The notes under the pieces are model-generated. The model was given only the letters and a program-made list of their open reading frames with translations, was not told the DNA's origin and ran no database searches. The position numbers and the translations under genes were made by a program. A stretch of DNA of 64,000 bases. It comes from Bacteroidales bacterium (GTDB lineage Bacteria; Bacteroidota; Bacteroidia; Bacteroidales; FEN-979). Shown here piece after piece: positions 58,501-64,000 of the stretch; position 1 is the stretch's first letter; each line of letters starts with the position of its first letter. The DNA is taken from positions 43,060 to 107,059 of the forward strand of contig JALNWG010000006.1 of assembly GCA_023231005.1 (NCBI GenBank), given 5' to 3'.

Positions 58501-59423
58501 ACAACAACCGCCCCCACGGCCTCTGATCCGGCTTTGTCAAGTCCCCCGCGGCGTGTAGCCGGTCCAAATGTAGTATGGCCAATATCCTTTATTCTGACCG
58601 GAACATTGTTCCGAACGGCGACCACGGAGTTTTCAAGATCATCGAGGTTCTTGATATAACCAAGTCCTCTGATGATATACTCCACATTGTTCAATTCAAT
58701 GGTTTCAGCACCGATGTCGAGATTGCTTTTACGAACGGCATTCATCACATCCATGACTGAAACACTGAATGCTTTTAATGCTTCAGGGTTAAGATCGACC
58801 TGGTACTCCTTTACAAAACCACCCACCGATGCCACTTCTGAGACCCCTTCCGCAGTTGCCAGGCCATATTTTACATAAAAATCCTGGATCGTGCGTAGCT
58901 CCGCCGGATCCCATCCGCCATTTGGCTTCCCGGTTTTGGGATCCCGCCCTTCAAGTGTGTACCAGAATATCTGACCCAGCGCCGTTGCATCAGGCCCTAA
59001 CGTTGGCTGCACGCCTGCTGGCAAGGTCCCGGATGGCAATGAATTGAGTTTTTCCAGGATACGGGAGCGACTCCAATAGAATTCAACTTTATCTTTAAAG
59101 ATGATATAGATGAACGACATGCCAAACATGGAGGTACTTCGAACCGTACTCACCCCGGGAATTCCCAACAAGGCAGTGGTTAATGGATAGGTCACCTGGT
59201 CCTGGATATCTTTAGGAGAGCGACCCATCCATTCGGTAGCAACTATTTGCTGGTTGTCACCAATGTCAGGGATCGCATCCACTGGTACCGGGTCGCGTGG
59301 AATAAAACCGGTTTGCCAGTTAAACGGTGCAAACACAATCCCACCGACAATAAAGGCGATCAGAAAAATGAAAGTGATCAGCCGGTTATCCAGGAAATAC
59401 TTTACAAGTCGGTTAAAAAACAT
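55572..59423 (-). CDS. CusA-type Cu(I)/Ag(I) RND pump, long form
   Basis: 1283 aa. IAIAIGVMVDIGIVDVEN parallels the CusA TM4 motif. YLLMPT, VQMFEN and LVMLSTG align, by recollection, with the CusA Met573/623/672 contexts. Extra hydrophobic block at residues ~538-640. Confidence 0.88.
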   Translation of the reverse strand: MFFNRLVKYFLDNRLITFIFLIAFIVGGIVFAPFNWQTGFIPRDPVPVDAIPDIGDNQQIVATEWMGRSPKDIQDQVTYPLTTALLGIPGVSTVRSTSMFGMSFIYIIFKDKVEFYWSRSRILEKLNSLPSGTLPAGVQPTLGPDATALGQIFWYTLEGRDPKTGKPNGGWDPAELRTIQDFYVKYGLATAEGVSEVASVGGFVKEYQVDLNPEALKAFSVSVMDVMNAVRKSNLDIGAETIELNNVEYIIRGLGYIKNLDDLENSVVAVRNNVPVRIKDIGHTTFGPATRRGGLDKAGSEAVGAVVVARYGSNPMEVIGNVKQKIKEIEAGLPQKTLPDGSISKVSIVPFYDRTGLIKETIGTLEYALSHEILISIIVIIVLVMNLRASFIVAGLLPLGVLMTFILMRFFGVDANIVALSGIAIAIGVMVDIGIVDVENILRHLEMPENKGIRGKKLLDVIYQATTEVRAAVVTSIATTIVSFLPVFAMEAAEGKLFRPLAFTKTFALLSAFLLGIIVLPTLVHIFFNIRFDKTKIRKIWNGILIGAGVLFVIFWHTWPALALVAIGFNNLSGHLWKEKSSAITNYINIAITVLVAVWYLSIEWLPLGAHNSSVVNFIFVAGIVTVILGALMTMVHFYEPILRWCLIHKWKFLMLPAFTLLFGILAWQGIDKIFGIVPDGLEKIGWKSVRQTAVWQGAVKTFPGTGKEFMPSLNEGSYLLMPTSMPHSSIEKNLEYIETLDKRLSVIPEVEIAVGKWGRVNSALDPAPVQMFENTINYRSEYILDEDGHRMRFKTDRNDYYRLKNGSKYNPEKETFRIIPADSLIPDEKGEFFRQWRPQIKKPNDIWNEIVKVTNIPGLTSAPKLQPIETRLVMLSTGMRAPMGLKVYGPDLESIEQAGMMFEKVLKDVPSVKATSVFYDRAVGAPYLEIKLNREAMARYGMSISDVQEILQVAVGGMSLSNSVEGRERFPIRVRYARELRDNPDDIKRILIPAMNGVQVPLGEIADIDYTRGAQMIRSENTFLVGYVIFDMQEGKAEVDVVEDAAKIIQAKISTGGIKLPPGVSYKFAGNYEQQIRATKRLSIVIPISLILILLLLYFQFRTVTAAFIHFSGVFVAFAGGFIMLWLYGQGWFMNFSVAGINLRDMFQMHTINLSVAVWVGFIALFGIATNDGVIMGTYIHQVFEQRHPTTVHEVREAVVAAGLKRVRPAMMTTAVAVIALLPVLTSTGKGADIMVPMAIPTFGGMIIQVMTVFVVPMFQAMWRERAVLRANKKAIQTSNTQ

Positions 59424-59480
59424 AGATTTAATTTAAAAACATGATCCATTTCGCCATTTACACGCTCATTTTCAGCTAAG

Positions 59481-60584
59481 TTAGTACTTTAATAAAGTTC
59501 CACCAAAGGAATCGTTGTTATTCAAAACGATGGTATAAAAATAAATACCGGAAGGCAGCTTATCTCCGTTGATAATTATCTTATTATCAGTAATAGTTTC
59601 ATCAACCTGAACTCTTTTCCCGATTGAATTGTAGAGTGAAACAGAAAGAAGAGTTCTCCCCGCATCAAGTTGCAATGTCACGACAGAAGAAAACGGATTT
59701 GGAAAAGCATGAAAACCTTCGGCTGGGTTGTTCTCATTGAGTCCCAGGGCAGATGTACTTTTAGCATAATACCGGACTTGCTGAAAATAAGGAGGCTGTT
59801 GATTCTGAAAACCCCTATTGATCTGTAGTATCGGGAAGCCGGTGCTTTTTGCGTACCACCTGTAATAGTAATTGTCAGGATAAACATGAACATCGGTGAT
59901 CACATTATTCACATATAAGGTGTCATACACCGTTTCAGTAGTCTTTATCCGGATTACCTGAGCTGTAGTATCCGGGATTGTGATCGTACCCCATCCATCG
60001 ACAACGGATTTGCTGACAACATGATATACCCTCAATGTATCACCGGAAATCGGAATATGGATTTTGGCAACATTTTCCGATGAATCGCCATAGGCTAAAA
60101 GTGGGAAAATAGTCAGGTTCGAGCCAAGAACTATGTTGGACGGATCCTCAAGACCATACTTTGACAATCCGGTTATATCCCGGATGTAATGATCATAATA
60201 GCACTGTGTTATGTCAGTGTGGGTAATATGGGAGTGATACATGTAACACCGCTCTTTTCGTGCAATATTCGAAAGTGGAAAATAACCTGCATTAAGGGTG
60301 GCATCATGGTTAATCCAGTCGACGGTATCCAGGGAGGCCTGTAGACTTCCACAACATGGGATTAGTATGCTGAAATCCCATGTTATATTGGCACCGGACG
60401 GGCCTGGCAAAAGGGTTACCCCCTGAGCGCTGTCAACCCTGACGCTGAACTGAACATCTCCTGGTTGCGGCAAGTCATTGATATCAAGTGATATTTGAGC
60501 CATCCCGGGTACAATCAACAGGATCGTAATAAAAAACGCAAGAACCGCTTTCAAAAATGTTTGATGTGTTTTTTTCATTTTCAT
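59481..60584 (-). CDS. T9SS-sorted secreted protein of unknown function inside the Cu cassette
   Basis: Signal peptide. C-terminal AFPNPFSSVVTLQL...LPSGIYFYTIVL is a T9SS CTD pattern. His/Cys-rich patch CYMYHSHITHTDITQCYYDHY. Confidence 0.6.
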   Translation of the reverse strand: MKMKKTHQTFLKAVLAFFITILLIVPGMAQISLDINDLPQPGDVQFSVRVDSAQGVTLLPGPSGANITWDFSILIPCCGSLQASLDTVDWINHDATLNAGYFPLSNIARKERCYMYHSHITHTDITQCYYDHYIRDITGLSKYGLEDPSNIVLGSNLTIFPLLAYGDSSENVAKIHIPISGDTLRVYHVVSKSVVDGWGTITIPDTTAQVIRIKTTETVYDTLYVNNVITDVHVYPDNYYYRWYAKSTGFPILQINRGFQNQQPPYFQQVRYYAKSTSALGLNENNPAEGFHAFPNPFSSVVTLQLDAGRTLLSVSLYNSIGKRVQVDETITDNKIIINGDKLPSGIYFYTIVLNNNDSFGGTLLKY

Positions 60585-60622
60585 ATTGTTTTATGGTCTG
60601 ATTAGGTGACTGATATATATGA

Positions 60623-60910
60623 CTACCGCATACCACATCCCCCGCCACTACCACCGTAATTGTAGCCGTCTTTATTACGTTTCATCTTACAATCACCATG
60701 GTTATGGCCCCCCTTGGCATCGGCTGTGACCAGGTCCATGCCGCATTTTGGGCATGAGCCTGGCTTTTCGCTGACCACTTCAGGGTGCATCGGGCATGTG
60801 TAAGTTACTTTACCCTGACCTGCAGCAGTCGGGCTTGCTTTAGGAGCACAACCGGCAATTGTAATCATCATTGCTGCAATCAGACCGAAAATCAAATTCA
60901 CTGGTTTCAT
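60623..60910 (-). CDS. small lipoprotein with CPMHP...CPxCGM heavy-metal-binding domain
   Basis: Lipobox IAGC. YTCPMHPEVVSEKPGSCPKCGMDL is the same module as the N-terminus of the CusB-like protein. His/Cys/Gly tail GGHNHGDC...GGGCGMR. Confidence 0.7.
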   Translation of the reverse strand: MKPVNLIFGLIAAMMITIAGCAPKASPTAAGQGKVTYTCPMHPEVVSEKPGSCPKCGMDLVTADAKGGHNHGDCKMKRNKDGYNYGGSGGGCGMR

Positions 60911-60921
60911 ATACTATGATA

Positions 60922-61473
60922 TTAATTGAGATGCAACTTCGCATGTTCTTTTCTCATTGTCTGCATGTTATCAACCATGCTTTGCATATTAGCTGACATG
61001 GTTCCCATGGCCGGGCAGTTTTTCATGTGAAGCAACATCATGCTGTCCATTTTCATCGTGGTCATGTTCATCATATTTCCCATTACCACCATCATGCTGT
61101 CCATGTTGCACATCATACCACCAGAACCACCCATCATGCCGCCAGAACCGCCCATCATACCATTGGATCCCATTCCGTTCATCTTCATCATGTCTTTGCA
61201 ATAGGTCTGGAAGTGCATGGCAAAAGAGGTGTCTGGCATATGATATAAGCTGTCGTACATTTTGCAGGTCGAATCCATCATGGTCATCCCAGGCGTTTTA
61301 TGGCGTTCAACCAGTAAAGATTCATATTGTTGTGCCTGCGAATAATCTTTATTCAGCAAGGCTTCAGTAGCCTTCAAATCTGCCGAATTAGTGTCAGGTG
61401 TCGTTTTACTTTTGTTACAACTTGCCGCAAATAACATCACGGCTCCAATGGCAATAATTGCAATTTTTCTCAT
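60922..61473 (-). CDS. Met-rich lipoprotein (putative periplasmic Cu(I)/Ag(I) binder)
   Basis: Lipobox FAASC. GMMGGSGGMMGGSGGMM repeat and MxM/MMxM runs throughout the C-terminal 110 aa. Confidence 0.7.
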   Translation of the reverse strand: MRKIAIIAIGAVMLFAASCNKSKTTPDTNSADLKATEALLNKDYSQAQQYESLLVERHKTPGMTMMDSTCKMYDSLYHMPDTSFAMHFQTYCKDMMKMNGMGSNGMMGGSGGMMGGSGGMMCNMDSMMVVMGNMMNMTTMKMDSMMLLHMKNCPAMGTMSANMQSMVDNMQTMRKEHAKLHLN

Positions 61474-61594
61474 TTTGAATAATTTTAATTTGTGGATAAA
61501 TAATTGAAATGACTTGCGACGCTGATAGCAACATCAAAAGCAGGAAAATGCCGTTAATTCAGGCAGATCCTTACAAGGATAATGAAATGGATTT

Positions 61595-61996
61595 TCAGAA
61601 AAGGAAAACCTGCAGGACTTGGGAAGTCTGTCCTGAACAAATAGGTTTTGACGTAAAGGGATTTTTTCGAAGTCCTCCTGATCCGTCATTCATGAGGGAT
61701 AATTCAGGTGAATTCGAGAATGCAAGTATAGTAGGCAGCGATACTTGTTCCAATTGTGTTTGAAATCCTGCCTTAAAGTCTAAATGATCCTGGGTGGATT
61801 CAAATTGATCGGTGATCTTGAGACTGATCTTTTCATTATGACAACCCGGGCAATTGCCGTTACAGCAATTGTCGGGTGTCGAATACAAAGCCGTATGCAT
61901 GAGATTTTTGCCACAATAATGCCGGGTTATTGTCAATCCGGTCGTACCGAAAAGCAACGCAATGATCATTAAAATATGTCCGGCCTTCTTAAGCAT
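61595..61996 (-). CDS. small membrane-anchored Cys-rich protein (HYC...CC...CPGC motifs; HYC_CC_PP-like by recollection)
   Basis: N-terminal TM ILMIIALLFGTTGLTI, then RHYCGKNL, DNCCNGNCPGCHNE. A -7 box TAATTTTG (62001-62008) lies 4 nt before the ATG. Confidence 0.55.
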   Translation of the reverse strand: MLKKAGHILMIIALLFGTTGLTITRHYCGKNLMHTALYSTPDNCCNGNCPGCHNEKISLKITDQFESTQDHLDFKAGFQTQLEQVSLPTILAFSNSPELSLMNDGSGGLRKNPFTSKPICSGQTSQVLQVFLF

Positions 61997-62055
61997 GCAA
62001 CAAAATTACTAACATTTAAGACTAATAACGATTATTGTTTCAAAATATTACGCTT

Positions 62056-62070
62056 GGATAAAATTTATCC
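62056..62070. promoter_or_regulatory. 15-bp palindrome GGATAAA-A-TTTATCC upstream of the Cys-rich gene
   Basis: Perfect 7-bp arms. Lies 60-75 nt upstream of the ATG at 61996, just upstream of the -7 box. Confidence 0.3.
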
Positions 62071-62139
62071 TATGTAAAGTTAGACAACCAAATCAATAAA
62101 AACTTGCGGTATATCATAAAAAAAGTTGAATGCCTTATC

Positions 62140-62916
62140 CTACTTGATTACCATAAAAGTAAATACCGTGTTACCATCCATCCCTGTGGTCATGTCCATC
62201 ACTTCGATGATACCCTTAACACCTGATGCGGTAATATACCCAAGCATGTCACCCATCGCCAGATTTTTTACCGACGAACCGGTTACCATAGATACCGCTT
62301 CAGGAGTTTCATCCATGATTATACCGACTTTAGTATTGTTTTTAGTTGTCCAGGTTGATAAATTGAATATGGGATCGGATGGGGCGCCAATACAAACACC
62401 ATCTGTGGTGGAATATGTGTAAACCAGGTCAACCGATCCTTGATGTGTAAAAGCATTGGCGGCAGTATATGTTGCCAAAGTTGAACCATTGATGAAACTT
62501 GAAAACGTACTTGTCGTTGTTCCTAAAGTGATTTCAATGTCTTTTACAATAGAATAGGTAAGCGTCTTTTGGATTGGCACATCAGAAAGACCACCTTTTT
62601 CTGAAATCGTGAAAACCAAAGTTCCAACAGAGTCAGTTACAATATAATTTACCACTGCTGAATAACTTTTACTGTTGGTAACACCAGGAATGGCAACTAC
62701 TTTGCCTCCTGTCTTGGTCATGGTAATCGAGTTAATATCATCATTTGAGGTTGATCCCTTGATTGTTAATGGAATAGTGTCGCCTAAATGCCCGATTGCC
62801 CTGTCCTGGGTCACTGTCAGGGTCATATCAGAGGTCTCAGCGCTTTTTTTACAGCTTGCTACCATAAGAGCAAGACTTGCAAGAAAGATTACGGATAATG
62901 TATTTATATTTTTCAT
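62140..62916 (-). CDS. beta-rich lipoprotein, unknown function
   Basis: Lipobox VASC. 258 aa, Thr/Ser/Val-rich. Own -7 box TATCTTTG (62941-62948, minus strand). Followed by CTTTTTTTATGA. Confidence 0.45.
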   Translation of the reverse strand: MKNINTLSVIFLASLALMVASCKKSAETSDMTLTVTQDRAIGHLGDTIPLTIKGSTSNDDINSITMTKTGGKVVAIPGVTNSKSYSAVVNYIVTDSVGTLVFTISEKGGLSDVPIQKTLTYSIVKDIEITLGTTTSTFSSFINGSTLATYTAANAFTHQGSVDLVYTYSTTDGVCIGAPSDPIFNLSTWTTKNNTKVGIIMDETPEAVSMVTGSSVKNLAMGDMLGYITASGVKGIIEVMDMTTGMDGNTVFTFMVIK

Positions 62917-63054
62917 GTGTCGTTATTTAGAATGATTCTGCAAAGATATACTTAAATATCTTGATAATTACATATATTTGAATTTAATCTCAATAAGGTT
63001 AAGTACTATAAATTAATTCCATGCTAAGGATAACCCATTTGTTTGCTGCTTTAC

Positions 63055-63070
63055 GACCATAAAAAAAGCG
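63055..63070. repeat. 16-bp direct repeat GACCATAAAAAAAGCG, copy 2 (high-coordinate edge of cassette 2)
   Basis: Identical to 51995-52010. Confidence 0.6.
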
Positions 63071-63091
63071 TTCAGGCCTTAGCCTGAACGC
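63061..63091 (-). terminator. rho-independent terminator after the 148-aa gene
   Basis: Minus-strand gcgttcaggc-taag-gcctgaacgc (perfect 10-bp stem) followed by TTTTTTT. Confidence 0.75.
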
Positions 63092-63115
63092 CGAAATCTC
63101 AGATTTGACCGAAGG

Positions 63116-63562
63116 TCAGAACTTGATTTTTCCTTCAACATCAGAGATGCTTGCATCGAAGGATGATCTGAGAAAATCAATGACTTTCTTGATGCCAGGG
63201 GTGAAACTGGTAGTGAAGACATTTCCGTCTGAGTCGTTCAGCCGCATGGAGCAGTTGAAATCATTGGAGGCTGTCTGAAACCTTTCCAGTTCGCTCCGGG
63301 TCTGGACCAGCTTCGCCCTTTTTTCGATGACCAGTTGGAGGTTTTCGACCTTGAGGATCTTCTCCATCAGGGTCATTTCCTTGACCGGTTCAGGAGCAGG
63401 AACAACGGGTTTTTCAAGTTCGACCTTCAAGAGCGGCTTTTGCTCCTCGGTTTTGTTCTCTTCAGGGTTGAGAACCGTTTTTGCGGCTGCAAGAACTGCG
63501 TTTTCTTCCTTGGATGCTCCGCCGTTGGTCGGCTTCAGTACTGGTGCTGTAATCTTTGTCAT
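63116..63562 (-). CDS. hypothetical protein with Pro/Glu/Lys-rich N-terminal half
   Basis: 148-aa ORF between the SSB-side intergenic region and cassette 2. No motif recognised. Confidence 0.4.
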   Translation of the reverse strand: MTKITAPVLKPTNGGASKEENAVLAAAKTVLNPEENKTEEQKPLLKVELEKPVVPAPEPVKEMTLMEKILKVENLQLVIEKRAKLVQTRSELERFQTASNDFNCSMRLNDSDGNVFTTSFTPGIKKVIDFLRSSFDASISDVEGKIKF

Positions 63563-63824
63563 TGTGTTTCGCTGCTGCCTTGCAGACTTTTTTAGGCATC
63601 TGGCTCGCCGGGGTTTAAGAAAAAATTTATGCCACCGGGAACAAACGGAGTGAAAATTTTAAGCAAGAGTTCAGGTCATGATTTTATGCAATAAAATCTG
63701 AATGAACCCCAAGGGTGACGGTGCCAGAAGGCGGTCACTCTTAGCGAAAAAGATTTTCACGAGTTTAACTTTGCTGCAAATTTTGAGTAATAGTGGGTTG
63801 GCTTTTGCTTGCTTTTTATAAAAG

Positions 63825-63942
63825 CTGCCCGGAAGGGATTTCTTTTTTGGCAGGGTTTCTTCTTTGTCCTGGTCTCAAAGAAAAAAGCCTGATTCGCGAA
63901 AAAAAAAAGACTGCCGGAAGGGCAGCCTTTCTCAGGGTTTCT
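63825..63942. repeat. two imperfect ~35-bp direct repeats (CTGCC(C)GGAAGGG ... CAGGGTTTCT)
   Basis: Copy 1 at 63825-63860 and copy 2 at 63911-63942. Copy 2 contains the hairpin ctgcc-ggaag-ggcag preceded by A10, which acts as a minus-strand terminator for the edge gene. Confidence 0.45.
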
Positions 63943-63950
63943 GTGTTTGA

Positions 63951-64000
63951 TCAGAAGGGGATTTCATCTGATGGCGTTTCTTTGGAGACCTTCTTTGAAG
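63951..64000 (-). CDS. ssb: 3' end of a single-stranded DNA-binding protein gene (partial, runs off the window)
   Basis: Hand translation of the minus strand gives ...SKKVSKETPSDEIPF*. The acidic D-E-I-P-F tail matches the conserved SSB C-terminal tip (DDIPF/DDLPF type). A terminator lies 26 nt downstream. Confidence 0.45.
   Translation of the reverse strand, partial: SKKVSKETPSDEIPF

Larger units (their letters stand above)
24661..64000 (-). mobile_element. prophage-like / genomic-island mosaic: phage modules interleaved with two metal-export cassettes (right end beyond window)
   Basis: All genes are on the minus strand. Contains a tape measure, fibres, a portal-like gene, a GH108 endolysin and an SSB tail. 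GC is higher and patchy versus the core. Lies next to a tyrosine recombinase. Confidence 0.55.

Noticed and set aside
60989-61248. Tandem DNA repeats and His-rich antisense ORFs in the Met-rich gene, considered as a possible CRISPR, satellite or separate gene.
   Set aside because: The repeats encode the GGSGGMM protein repeat in the supported minus-strand frame. The His-rich ORFs are the reverse-strand reading of ATG/CAT-rich codons.

Overview
This is an AT-rich Bacteroidota chromosome segment. The phylum call rests on T9SS C-terminal domains, bamD-rpoZ-coaBC-DUF4835-recN synteny, and TAnnTTTG -7 boxes. All calls come from reading the ORF track and DNA by eye; no searches were run.

Positions 1-22.8 kb are ordinary housekeeping core: an M14 peptidase, an alpha-oxoamine synthase, bamD, an omega-like protein, coaBC, recN, fabI, etfBA with a membrane Fe-S oxidoreductase pair and an acyl-CoA dehydrogenase, a ClpC-type ATPase, gyrA and a TPR protein. 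Positions 23.1-24.6 kb hold an unknown ORF and a XerD-family tyrosine recombinase, behind an unusual repeat and palindrome region.

From 24.66 kb to the window end, every credible gene is on the minus strand and GC is visibly higher and patchy. Spot counts of single 60-nt lines give 25-35% at 8041 and 19021, 45-50% at 25261, 25321 and 44401, and 20% at 36541. This block is a mosaic. Phage modules are the fibres, baseplate-size proteins and tape measure at 24.7-34.8 kb; the portal-like, connector-like and lysis genes at 46.5-52.0 kb; and an SSB tail at the edge. They alternate with two self-contained heavy-metal export cassettes.

- **Cassette 1 (34.8-46.4 kb)** looks Zn/Cd-type. It has a Fur-family regulator, a CzcA-CzcC fusion, CzcB, a PII-like protein and a P1B-2 ATPase.
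- **Cassette 2 (52.0-63.1 kb)** looks Cu/Ag-type. It has CusA-, CusB- and OMF-like genes plus HMA, HMBD and Met-rich accessory proteins.

No capsid or terminase gene was recognisable, and the right end of the element lies beyond the window. The most interesting points are:

- the phage/metal-cassette interleaving;
- matching terminator and repeat modules bracketing cassette 2;
- paralogous lipoproteins with swapped Met-rich versus Trp/Asn/His-rich composition;
- the RND-OMF fusion with an internal signal-peptide-like segment;
- a lysis cassette containing an untracked holin candidate and a u-spanin-like protein.
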